Assembly: GCF_018350175.1 (NCBI RefSeq)
Contig: NC_058368.1
Span: forward strand, 116,498,001-116,562,000
Reading direction: 5' to 3'
Origin: Felis catus
Taxonomy: Eukaryota
DNA length: 64,000 nucleotides
Shown piece after piece: positions 13,193-27,958 of this stretch (its first letter is position 1; each line of letters begins with the position of its first letter). The notes under the pieces were generated by a model that saw only the letters and a program-made list of their open reading frames with translations, did no database searches and had not been told where the DNA came from. A program made the position numbers and the translations under genes.

Positions 13193-13453
13193 CCTTTTTG
13201 ATGTCATTCTACTCATCACCACCACCCTACCCTTGCCCCAACTTTCTTGCCTATGGATCCCCCTTTGAGGTTTTAGAACGGTAATGGTATCTCCTGCTCT
13301 CTGCTCCTGTGTCTAAGCCAAGACTTTCAAAGCTCAGCTCTTCTTTGACCCAGAACTGTCCATATAGGACCAAAGGGGACTTGATGTGGGCCTGGAATCA
13401 TCCCCCCCCCCCCCCCCCCGGCCATTAGCAGCTCGTGGTTTTTGAAGGGACAG

Positions 13454-13467
13454 AATAAAGTTTTATT
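13454..13467. terminator. Back-to-back poly(A) signals: TMCO6 AATAAA (+, 13454-13459) and NDUFA2 AATAAA (-, 13467-13462)
   Basis: Sequence aataaa-gt-tttatt between the two convergent stop codons. Confidence 0.7.
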
Positions 13468-13660
13468 TTTACATTAAACTGGTTTGTCCCAGTGGTTGCA
13501 CAATAAGGGGTGGAGGGGAAAATAAGGGCATCCAGAGATGGTATTTTTCAGCACAAGCTTTATAAATAACAGAAGAACACATTTTCCCCACATTTTACTC
13601 AGTCCAGCATAGTCCAAGCTTTGGGGCTGTTGCTCTTAACAATCAGTGGAGGCTTCACCT

Positions 13661-16045
<2,385 letters not shown>

Positions 16046-19000
16046 ATGCCAGAGCGAGACAGTAAGGCTCGGGTCATCTGTTCTTTATTACCTTCAGGAC
16101 TTGGGACACTTGGCGTGTTGTTTTCGCCTCAGTTCTTAAGCCCTGTGTGGAATCTGGGGGGTGGAGAGAGGGCGGGGTGTGACGCTGGAATCTGGCGAAG
16201 CCGTTGGGTCCCGAGTGAAACCGGGAATCTCCGGACTGTTGTCTCTAAGCCTTGTCCTTGCCCCAAGTGACAACGGATGGTTTATCTGTGAACTATCCCC
16301 TATCCCCAGCACTTAATCTTGAATTGCGCCAATTTATCTTTCACGCAGTATCTTAGATGTCATCTTCAGGAAGTCTTTGCTGATCCTCCAGCGCTGGTTT
16401 AGGGGCCCTCTCTGCACCAACAGCTCCTTGCATTTTCTCACTTCGGCACATAATTATGATCTATTGTCACTGTCTTTGTTCTTACCGTTCTTCCTCACTA
16501 TATTGTGAGCAGTTTGACGTGAAAACATCTGTATTGTTCGCTGATACATTCCAACTTTTGCACAGGGCCTGACACGAAAGAGATTTAAGTGCCTATTATT
16601 TTTCTTAGGTGAGCCTTTCTCCAACCCCTTGGCTCCAGATGGCCACGATGTGGACGATCCTCACTCCTTCCACCAGTGAGTGTTTCAGTATGGGACTATG
16701 GGAATGACCTAGGGGGCAAGTAGAGTGGTGTGGTGACAGTGAAAAGAATTCTAAGTTGCAGCAAGGATGGTCCAAAAAATTGTGCCACTTGCTTCTTTAT
16801 CTCTGTGAACTTTAGCTGGATCAGGTCAATTGCATCAAAGTATTAGAGAGGAAATTCTGGCCGGGAGGGTGCTAGTTTTTAAAGTTAATGTTTAATTGCA
16901 TATGATACAGAAGTTGATTCTTGTAGAAAACTAAAGTAGAAATAAGGGTAAATAACATCCCCAGTCCCTTTCTTAGAGGTAACCACTGTTCCTTTTTTAC
17001 TTGTCTTTTTTTTCCTTTTTTTTTTTTAACATTTATATACATACTTGCATGTCTGAGGAAAATATATTATTACTCTATAATTTGAAGTCTTAAAATTAAA
17101 TGGTACGGTGTTGTGTATATATATCATTTTGCCACTTGGTTTTCCCCACTCCATATCTTGGAGATTATTATATATTTTTTTAAGTTTATTCAGAGAGAGA
17201 CAGAGAGAGGAAGGGAGGGAGGGAGGGAGAGAGGGAGGGAGAGGGAGAGAGAACACCAGTAGGGGAGGGGCAGAGAGAGAGGGAGAGAATCCCAAGCAGT
17301 CTCTGCACTGTCAGCACAAAGCTGATGTGGGGCTTGAACTCACGAACCATAAGATCATGACCTGAGCCAAAGTCAGAAGCTTAACCAACTGAGCCACACA
17401 GGCACTGTTTGGAGATTATTTTCATGGCAGTAACAAGGACTCCCTTCTTGACCAGATTTTCATCAGGCTTCTCTAGGGTCTGTTTTTGACTAGGACTGTT
17501 GGGCTCCTGTTTATCAAAGAATGCTGTTAAGCCAGTTTATGGAGAATCCCCTTAAGTAATGAAGTAGGTCCAGTCAGGGTCCTTTTTCTACCCTTGATGC
17601 TTAAAAGTTCCTTTTAGTAATTTTTTTTTTTTATGTTTATTTATTTTTGAGACAGAGAGAGACAGAGCATGAACAGGGGAGGGGCAGAGAGAGAGGGAGA
17701 CACAGAATCTGAAACAGGCTCCGGGCTCCGAGCTGTCAGCACAGAGCCCGACGCGGGGCTTGAACTCACGGGCTGCGAGATCATGACCTGAGCCGAAGTC
17801 GGCCGCTTCACCAACTGAGCCACCCAGGCACCCCAGTAATTTTTTATAAGTTTCCAGTTGTCCCAGTGTATATTCAGAGTTGAGTGTCAGTTCCTCTCCC
17901 CTATTGCAGTAGTTTTTATTCCTATGACAGTAGTCTTTTTTTCTTTTTTTTTTTTTAAGTTTTTTAATTTATTTATCAGAGAGAGAGTGCATGCCTGAGA
18001 GCAGGCGTTGGGCAGAGAGAAGGGGAGAGAGAGGCAGGTTCCATGCTGTCAACACAGAGCCTGATGCAGGGTTCGAACCCATGAACTGCAAGATCATGAC
18101 CTGAGCTGAAGCTGGACACTTAACCAACTGAGCCACCCAACTGCCCTTACTATGACAATAGTCTTGAACAGTGTCTTCCTTGGGAACACTTAGCAGGATT
18201 CTTTGCTAAAACTGGGCACAGCAAGCCCAGAAAGAGCCCGACTGAAGTTTGGCCAAGGAGTAAGTCTTTATCATTGTACCAATTAAAATTATCTCTTATA
18301 CCATTGTTGCTATCTACCCCACATTTGAGAAACGTGATTTAATTAGTCTCTAGTTAATATACATTTAGGTTGTTTCCAAGTTTTTATTATCTTCATATCC
18401 GAAACTGAACCTTTTTTACAGGCCTTCTAATATACCTATGTCAGTAATTAGCAAAGCTAAATATAGGTGAATGGAGTTGCTAGGTCATAGGAGATACACA
18501 TGTAAATTTTGATACTGCCAACTTGTCCTCATATTGGCTGTACTGACTTATATATGTTCCCTTCAGCAGAATGTTTACTTCCCACATTCTCACTCATACT
18601 TGATTTATCAGACTTTTTAATTGTTAACACTGTGATGCATTAAAAGTGGCATGTTTTTGTCTTAGTTTGTATTTTCATGGTTTCCAGTAAAATTAATCTT
18701 TTTTTACATACTTCTTTTCCAGTTTTTACTAGGTACTCATTTTTAAAATCTTTGCCTTCTAGGTCAAAACTCACCAATGAAGACTTCAGGAAACTTCTCA
18801 TGACCCCGAGGGCTGCACCCACATCTGCACCACCCTCTAAATCACGTCACCATGAGTAAGTTCTGGGGTCTTCCAGCCTGTCTCTTATTTCCTTCCTATG
18901 GAAAATCTACCAAATTAGATGTCTTAGGAACTGGAAGTCTAGTTATTTTTGAAGACTGTGATTCTGATTGTCTCCTGCTGGAGATTGAAGCTCCAGTGGA

Positions 19001-22000
19001 GACTGGGGTGCTTTAGGAACTCAGAATGTTCCACATACCACTTGTACTACTAGAGTTGCTGCTGGTGCTTAAATGGACAGAGGTCCATTCCAGCCCTATG
19101 CACTCAGATACTGGGGTAGATATTGGGGAATATATGATTTTAATAGTGCTTCAGGTGGTTGTGATGTTTTCTAACGCTGTCATTGAATTTCTTTGTCTTC
19201 TAGGATGCCAAGGGAGTACAATGAGGACGAAGACCCCGCTGCACGAAGGAGAAAAAAGAAAAGGTGAAGGAAGGATGGAGGAGTGTTGGGCTTTAAGTGT
19301 TGGATAGTATTTGGGGGAAAGGAGTAGGAGGTAGTAGTAGGAGCATAAAGATTAACATTTTCCTTTATTATTTTGAGGTTCTGTGCTTCACTGGAGAGGA
19401 GGGATAGAGTGGCAATTTAGGACTCTGGAGTCAGCCTGCAGTATTTTAATCTTATCTTTACCAGTTTCTAGCTGGATAGCCATGGGCATATTGCCTAACC
19501 TTTCTAATAGTATTCTCATGGGTAGAACAGAGAGTGATTTCACAACTTTTTATCAGGTTGTCATGAGGATCAGCTGCGATATAAGTGCAGCTGATATAAG
19601 TGCATATAAGCACTTAGCACTAGTGCCTGGCATATGATAACCACCCAGTAATACTTGTCTACTGTTATCACCATCATCATCATTATCATCATTATTCATT
19701 TCTATGATACTAAAACTTCTGGACCTGGTATTTTGCTGTTGCTTTCTTTCGGGGGAGGACCAGCAAGGAATGACTGACTTTCAGTTGAAATTTGGAAGGT
19801 GATAAAAATTTAGATAACTTCCTAGTTGCCCTATGGAAAAATCTCTACAGAGTTGGGTGGCATTGAAGAATTCTGAATTGACAGAATGTCCTGAGGTGGC
19901 ATTGAAACACTGCGATCTGGAAGATGCTGTAGTTCTGATTTTGAGAACTGTCAAGAGGTGGCCAGCAGTTCTATCAGGACATATATGAGTTTTCACCAGA
20001 GAGTTGGAGGAAACAGGCAGGAACAATTCTGCTGACCTTGGGATAACAGCTGGTGAGCTTTACGCATTGCTTTTCTCTTGTCACAGTTATTATGCCAAGC
20101 TTCGTCAACAAGAAATTGAGAGAGAGAGAGAACTAGCAGAGAAGTACCGGGACCGTGCCAAGGAACGGCGAGATGGTGTAAACAAAGATTATGAGGAAAC
20201 TGAGCTAATCAGTACCACAGCTAACTACAGGGCTGTGGGCCCCACTGCTGAGGCGTGAGTACCATGGCAGCCAGGGTGTGATTCCCTAAGCATTCCAGAG
20301 TCCTGCAATCACAGTGTGAGTTCTACCTAACACTTTACCCACTTTGGAGCCTCAGCTGAGCCATTTCAAGAGGGACTTGAAGACATAAAAGACTATTCTA
20401 ATGTGGTTCTCTTTCCATATATAGGGACAAATCAGCTGCAGAGAAAAGAAGACAGTTGATCCAGGAGTCCAAATTCTTGGGTGGTGACATGGAACACACC
20501 CATTTGGTGAAAGGCTTGGATTTTGCTCTGCTTCAAAAGGTGAGCCTTGGTGGGTGGGTGGAGAGTAATTCTAGAGTGCTGAATGCTCTTGTACAAGCCT
20601 TTCCAGGTGAAGGAGGGAGACTTCTGTTAGTCCAGACCATGTAGAAGGGCTAATGGTGGCTCTTGTTTAGGAGTAATTACTATTCATCCTTCAAGTGATC
20701 ACCTAGGTATGGTTAAGCCCCATTCCTCACCTCCTACTTCCTGTACCTTTGCATAGCTCTTCTATTTCACTTATCATAGTTACCACATTTTGCTGTCTCT
20801 TCTGCTGTAAGCTCCCTTAGGGCAAGCACTGTATTGACTTATTTAGTATTGAGTCCTTAGTTCCTGGTACAGCAAGGTGTATAGTGGTGTTAGGTAAATG
20901 TATGTAATATGAATAAATGTCTAAACTCTAGGTACGAGCTGAGATTGCCAGCAAAGAGAAAGAAGAGGAAGAACTTATGGAAAAGCCCCAGAAGGAAACC
21001 AAGTAAGTAAACATTGTGGAGAGCTTGAGAGTTTAGAAAAGTGGGACTTAAAGTAGGAACACTTTGGATTCTGTGTCTCCCTCTTTCTCTGCCCCTCCCC
21101 TGCTTTCACTCTGTCTCTCTCTCAAAAATAAATATTAAAAAAAAAAAAGATAAAAAAGTAGGAACACATTTAGCAAAAAAACTTATTTTTATCTTTCTAG
21201 GAAAGATGAGGATCCTGAGAACAAAATTGAATTTAAGACACGTTTGGGTGAGTACAGAATTTCTACGCTAAAGGTTATACATTTTAGGTGAATTGTAGGG
21301 ACTTAATGCTCTGAGCAGGATATGCTTCTCCTTTCCCTCAACCTGCTTTCCTCTATCTTGCCCCCAGAGTAGCTAGTTCTTATAAAATGCTCTACTAGAA
21401 ATTGGATGTGGACTTAGTCATTTCATGTGTATAAGTTATTAATGTCTCCTCAATTATGTTGGAAGCTGTTTCAGATTGTGGTTTATGCATTAAGGGAAAT
21501 AGCTCGTAGCTTATGTGTTAAAGGAGGTAGCATGGTTGGTGATTAAAAGCTCAGAATTTGCAGTCTGAGACCTGGGTTTGAATCTTGGTAATGAAACTGC
21601 ACTAGGCATGTGATATTAGGCACCTGACTTCACTTCACATTACCTGTTTGTCTGCAAAAATGGGGCTAATTCACCTCATGGGATTATTGGGGCAAAGAAA
21701 AGTAGTTTATGCACCGTACCTATCATGTTAAGCATCTTTCTTCCTCACAGGGCCTAATACAATGTGAGGCACATAGTGCTCTTGAGAAGACTTTGTAAAA
21801 GACTGGATAGGAGCTCAGGCTTTGGAGATAGACTGCCTGGGTCCCCTTCTTTATTCTGTTGCTTGGTAGCTATATGATTCTAGGTAAATCATTTCACTCT
21901 CAACTTTTGTATCTTTATCAGTTAAAAGGAGATAGTAAGGCACATCTTATAGGGCTATTGTGAAGTTTGAGTGGAGGCTGGCACAGAGTTAAGCACTTGA

Positions 22001-25000
22001 TAAATGGCAGCTGTTAATTGTAGAAGGTTCTCAATGGCTATGCTTGCTGCTCGTCCTGTTTTTGTAGGGCGCAATGTTTACCGCACACTGTTTAGGAGCA
22101 AGGCATATGAACGCAATGAGCTGTTCCTGCCAGGCCGCATGGCCTATGTGGTAGACCTGGATGACGAGTATGCAGACACAGATATCCCCACCACGCTTAT
22201 CCGCAGCAAAGCAGATTGCCCCACTATGGAGGTAAGTGACTTGAGAGCCTCTTACGTGAGCCTTAAACCTGGGAACCAGCCTTGATTCTGCCCTGGGTCT
22301 CATCCACCACATTTAACCCATCACTGAGTCCTGTCCACTTTTCACTTTCCACAGAATCACTTGAATCTAAATTTCAATTTAGATTCACTGGAGTGATTTT
22401 TACAAATGGCTGGTGTGATCTTTTTCAACATGTACATTTTTGCCTCACCACTATTGAGAAGCTTTCAGTGATTTCTCATGGAGAAATTGCCCTTGCACCT
22501 TTTGGCCTTCTGAGCCACTTTTCACCATGATTCCCTGTTGTTGTTCTCCAGGGAATCCCAGCTCTCTTGAACATGCTAGATTCACTTTTGACACAGATCT
22601 CTTTGTATATGCTATTCTGTTTGCCTGGAATCTCCTGTAACACCTTTGTCTGTTTTCACCTAGTTGGTTATAATTTGTCCTTTAGTTTGTTAAGTGAATG
22701 AAGTGAAGAGATTCTTGCTCTGTGGGATAATATCCTTGCTACTTGGGGTTTTCAGGCCCAGACAACACTGACTACAAATGACATCGTAATCAGCAAGCTC
22801 ACCCAGATCCTTTCCTACCTGCGGCAGGGTACCCGCAATAAGAAGCTCAAGAAGAAGGATAAAGGTAACCTGGAGAGTTAGGGAGAGAAACCTTAACTCT
22901 GGAGGGGCATTTGAGGGTGGAACCATGGTCTGCTGGAGCCTTCTGTGTCTAGAACATTGGGGGGCTCCTGGAGAGCAGCAAAAAATGAGAGCAATAGAGC
23001 ATTAACTTGGCTCACCCAGAAAGCAGTGGTCAGCTTTGAGACTTGATGGGGGAGAGTATTGGGAGATTTTATTGTCCCACCTTCTAAACAGATGGGCATT
23101 CAGAGCTGTTTAGGCTAAGTGGGAATCAACTTAGGAATATTTTGTTCACTACTCTCTTTATATCTTAGGGAAGATGGAAGAGAAGAAGCCCCCTGAAGCT
23201 GACATGAAGTATGTATTGTAGCACCGTCACCTGATGTGAGGGAGGAAGGAGCTCTTTGTTTCTTGTTTTTGGCATTTTGGGGAGGCCTTGGTGTGAGAAT
23301 CTGGAGAAATGGCCAGGGAGAGTGGAAGTGGTGTGACTTTGGCAGCTAGGGATCTCTGTTTTTCTAGTATATTTGAAGACATTGGGGATTATGTGCCATC
23401 CACAACCAAGACTCCTCGGGACAAGGAGCGGGAGAGATACCGGGAACGAGAGCGTGATCGGGAGAGAGACAGAGACCGTGACAGAGAACGGGAGCGAGAA
23501 CGAGATCGGGAGCGGGAGCGGGACAGAGAGAGAGAGGAAGAGAAGAAGAGGCACAGCTACTTTGAGAAGCCGAAAGTGGATGATGAGGTGAGATAGGACC
23601 CTGGTACGGAGTGGTAGAACTGCCCATCTCTGTGCCTGCCCAGCCAGGTAGGGTAGGGAGTTGATTCAGGGATTAGTCAAGTGGGGAGGAATGAGTGTAA
23701 ATCCCTCACGGTGATACTCACTTCAGTTTCTCTTTTCTTTCCAGCCCATGGACGTTGACAAAGGTGGGTTGTATCTGAGACATCTTGAATTAGCTCTGGT
23801 GGTCTTGCTTTGCCCTGGGCTGAGAGTCTATCCTAGAGTTCAGAGCTGGCAACGGTTGGGATTGTGGGACTTCTGGTCTGGGTTCTCATTAAGATCCACA
23901 TCTTGCTTCATGGAATAGAAAGAAGAGGAGTCTGGAGTTGCCTCCCTCTTCCTGGGCAATGGCAGGCATATTTGCTCTGTTAGATACAATTCCTCCAGCT
24001 TTGCGGTTCTGAAAGACGTGAGGCAGGTCTCATCGGCCGTATTCTTTGTACACAACCCCATTTCACCCAGAGTAGCTCATTATTAGTTGAAATTTGATTA
24101 AAATTATGTTAACTAAAAGAGAGTTTTTTCTGTTACTTAAAAAATGGTTTTATGAAAACAGGTTAGAAGTGTGTGTGGAAAAGAGGTCGAAAGTTCCTTG
24201 TTTGACATTCTGAATAGAGTTCCCTTTCCCCCCCAGGACCTGGATCTGCTAAGGAGTTGATCAAATCGATCAATGAAAAGTTTGCTGGATCTGCTGGCTG
24301 GGAAGGCACTGAATCATATCCTTTATTTCACTATGTTGTTGGATTCTAGAAAACTGTTGTCCTGTTTCTTTCCAATTCCACCTACCTCCCTGTTTCCCCA
24401 CAACCCCTGGCTCCCATCCTGCCTCTTACCTCTTATGGTGAATTTTGATAGAATTTTGCAGTCATTGTGACTTCCCCTTTTTTCCCCACATTTGTTCTTT
24501 TTTTTTAAGGTATTATTATTTTTTTTAAGTTTATTTCAGTAATCTACACCCAGTGTGGGGCTTGAGCTTAACGACCCTGAGATTAAGAGTCACATTCTCT
24601 TCTGACTGAGCCAGCCAGGTGCCCCATGCCTTTCCCATTTCTCAGAGGATTCACACAAGCTCACAGCCTTCTCCTCACAAGTTTTCATGTTGGGGCTTCT
24701 AGGCCTTGGCCCTTCCTTCTTGAAGCTTTTCTGCTATAGGTAGAATTATTTTCTTTGACATAGCGTATGCTGAAGAAGCCAGAGGACAAGAAGCAGCTGG
24801 GAGACTTCTTTGGCATGTCCAACAGTTATGCTGAGTGTTATCCAGCCACGTATGTGAGACTGTTAAAGAAGGGAGGCTGGGATAATTGGACAATAAGTTG
24901 TGGGGAGGGGGATGAGGTGGAAATTTCATTAACTTGGACCCACGGGTACTTATTTGGATGAACTGTTCTTTGAGGCTCTGGGTGGGAGGTCTGGGGGTGG

Positions 25001-26592
25001 TGGTTGTCATTTCTAGGCTTATGGCATCTTAGTTGGGTGGGTTTCTGGATAAAGCATAGGAGTATGGGTCTGCACCATCTCTTTAACTGTTGCTTCTCTC
25101 CAGGATGGATGACATGGCTGTGGATAGTGATGAGGAGGTGGATTACAGCAAAATGGATCAGGTGTGGAGTTGGAAGGATGGGTGGGGATTTGGGGGTAGT
25201 TACTCTTCAGCAGTATCCGCCCCCCCCCCCCAAAAGATCTGTGTCTCGTTTTCTGGGCCTTAACTTTTCCTCCACTGCAGCACTAAGAACAGCAGCATTG
25301 TGAGGTCATGAGAAGCTTAACCTTTAACGTATCTGTCCAGAAGCAAATGAGATATGCCCAAAATAGATTTATTTCCTACAAAATGCCAGGCTTTGATTTC
25401 TGTACTAGGCAGTAAGCAAGCCTTTAGTGCATAAAGAGAAAGGGTAGGAAGGAACTTCAGTCTTGAGAAAAATAACTGAATTTTATTCTAGCAGGATTGA
25501 AATGTTCTTTTCTGTCTTAAAAACAAAAATACCTTAACAAATAATACCATTAATGGTGGCGAAATTTCAACTAGTTTTTCCTTGTTTTTACTGCAGTGGT
25601 TGAGCATGGTGTAATTCCATCTTGGAGAATTGCTGAACCCTGGCTCTGCCAAGTTTTGTGACCTTGACAACTTATTTTACTGCTTATGCTTCAGTTTCCT
25701 CATCGAGAGAATTCGGAGGAATATGGTTGTTTTTTAATAGAGTTTGAGGAAATTAAATAAGTGTTCAGTATAATGTCTGGTACATAGTAAGCATTTATTA
25801 GGGTGGGATTTATGAATGATGAAACAAGATTGTGGGAGAACCTGGCTTTATTAAGGGCTAAAATTCTGTTTCCACTGACATTTCTAACTTCCCTGTTCTC
25901 ACTGTGTCTCTAACAGGGTAATAAGAAAGGCCCCTTAGGCCGCTGGGACTTTGATACCCAGGAGGAATACAGCGAGTATATGAACAACAAGGAGGCTTTG
26001 CCCAAGTGAGTTGTACTAAATATGGCCAAAGATTGAGGAGAGGGATGATGATGGGCCAGCCTTCACCAGAACAGGTTCTCTGGTCACAGGGCCATCTGGG
26101 AACACCTTGCTACTGCTATGCAACCTCTGATGCCTTCTTTCTCCCAAATGTCCTTTATTGTTCTCAGAGCTGCATTCCAGTATGGTATCAAGATGTCTGA
26201 AGGGCGGAAGACCAGGCGCTTCAAGGAAACCAATGATAAAGCAGAACTAGATCGCCAGTGGAAGAAGATTAGTGCAGTAAGTGAGACTGCCTCTTAGGTG
26301 GACTTCATCTGAGGGAGACAATGGCCCACAGATGCAGGAACAGGCAGGGGGTTGGAGAGCAAAGGAGAGCGGTCAGACTTGTGTCTTAGGTGAGCTTAGG
26401 CTCACAGCCTAACTGTTGTGTGTTAACTGTTCTTTTTTGTAGATCATTGAGAAGAGGAAGAAGATGGAGGCCGATGGGTGAGCAGTAGCATTTTTCCTCT
26501 GGGGCACTGTAATAATTGGTTAGAGTACTGATCTTATGCCAACTCCTTTTTCCTTCCATTGCAGAGTTGAAGTGAAGAGACCAAAATACTAA
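16046..26592 (+). CDS. IK: Protein Red (IK), spliceosomal B-complex factor and SMU1 partner, 555 aa
   Basis: 20 exons: 16046-16061, 16609-16675, 18763-18855, 19204-19263, 20087-20254, 20425-20539, 20932-21002, 21201-21247, 22068-22231, 22756-22864, 23169-23208, 23368-23587, 23745-23763, 24237-24315, 24769-24849, 25104-25161, 25917-26005, 26168-26276, 26443-26477, 26565-26592; 1668 nt; MPERDSEPFSNPLAPDG...RE/RD repeat...VEVKRPKY. Confidence 0.96.
17170..18147 (-). mobile_element. Three antisense CAN-SINEs in IK intron 2 (about 17170-17405, 17620-17834, 17937-18147)
   Basis: SINE consensus; TSDs agtaattttt and ctatgaca(g/a)tagtctt. Confidence 0.85.
17430..18272. mobile_element. ERV1-type (MER31-like) LTR split by SINEs, plus an inverted fragment of the same family
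   Basis: Starts taacaaggactcccttcttgacc and ends ...ctctcccctattgca..atagtcttgaa; 18180-18272 is a reverse copy of the 5' end. Confidence 0.5.
21063..21150 (+). mobile_element. 5'-truncated CAN-SINE in IK intron 7
   Basis: CT tract plus A tail flanked by TSD aaagtaggaacac. Confidence 0.85.
23421..23550 (+). repeat. RE/RD dipeptide repeat (RED domain) coding tract
   Basis: Encodes RERERDRERDRDRDRERERERDRERERDRERE within IK exon 12. Confidence 0.9.
24316..24768 (+). other. U12-type (minor) intron 14 of IK with AT-AT termini
   Basis: 5' end ATATCCTTT; branch-like TTCTTTGAC at 24751-24759; the reading frame requires the 3' end at ...CGTAT|G. Confidence 0.85.
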
Positions 26593-26742
26593 TCTCTGGT
26601 TCCAACTGCAAAAAGATTCACCACAAGGATGTGCTTGCCACTGTTTGCTTTCTATAATTCCCCAAAGAGTTGCAAGGTGTCTTTCTGTGAATGTATATAA
26701 AATGTTGTATAATCATTTAGTTCCATTAAAACTGGTCAACCT

Positions 26743-26960
26743 GGGGGCACCCTGGGTGGTGCAGTCTGTTAAGTGTCTGACTCTTGATTTCAGTTCAGGT
26801 CATGATCTCATGGTTTGTGGGATCAAGCCCTGTGTCTGGGCTCCGCTCTGACAGCGTGGAGGCTGCTTGGAATTCTCTCTCTCCCTCACTCTCTGCAAAC
26901 GCTTCCCCCCTGCTCTCCCTCTCTCTCTTAAAATAAATAAACTTAAAAAAAAAAAACCAA
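26743..26960 (+). mobile_element. CAN-SINE immediately after the IK ATTAAA (26725-26730)
   Basis: ggggcacctgggtgg head; tail with AATAAA; degenerate TSD ending aacctg. Confidence 0.88.
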
Positions 26961-27958
26961 AACCTTGTTAACCTGCTATGTTGTCTTCTCTGTGTTCAGC
27001 ATCCTCCTTTCAGGACCCCTGAATCACCAAGAGGAATTCCACTGATTGTGTAAAATGTACATGTGGAAAGTTAGCTCAGACCTTCTTTAAGCCGTGGTTC
27101 TAGATTGCTGGATAAGGATCCTAGCCAAGACACCTAGTGGAGAAGGACGTAATGACCTCACTGATGGGCAAGAGGTAAACAGGAACATAAGGATGATTGG
27201 TCTCAAATAACAGAGGCATTCAGGCCCATATGTGGCCTATTCTTAGGACAGAGATTCCCTGGGAATTAGGGTCCACCCAATGGGCTACCAGTCTGATTTC
27301 AAGGTTGTGCAGGACTAAGCTCTAGGTGAAGGTACCTGAGGACAATCATGGGAATAAAAATGAATTTATACCCCCCCCCCCCCCCCCCCGTGCTTTTAGT
27401 AATTCTAAGCACAAATTGCTGATTCTCTGGCTGAAGGGATAATCCTAGTAAGTGCCTTGTGGGGGGGGGGGGCCCTATGCTAGGCCAGCAGGGTTTGGTG
27501 CCCTTCAACACCCTGAAATGTTTGTCAATGCCCCAGGTGGGTCCCTGGCCTCTGAATCATTCCATCCCCAACCTTTTCCCCCTCTCTGCTCATTGCTAGC
27601 ACTTTGGTCTGGTGCTCATAGGGTCATCATTTATCTTCTGACTGGATGCCTAGCTGCCACTTCTTACCCTGAGCCCAAGACCTGTCCAAGAAAGCTAGAA
27701 GGCCACCTTAACCTTTTTGCCTTGCTGTTGGTCACTTTTAGCTTGATAGGGCAAGATCATTTGAGGAAGCCAGCTTTGTGCATGGCACCTAGAAGGATGA
27801 AATTGGGCCTTGTCTGCAACAGCACCTAGAATGCCTAATATCAGACAGTAAAGGACATCCTGGTCTCATGGTTGAAGCAGTGGTCTCAGTTAAGGGTCAC
27901 AGAAACCTGGCTCAGATAAAGATATCTAGAGGGTCATTAAATTTAACACCTGGCGTTT

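Noticed and set aside
24850-25103. IK intron 15 as a second U12 intron (GTATGT donor, ctttaac near the 3' end)
   Set aside because: The donor lacks the ATCC core and a normal polypyrimidine tract is present.
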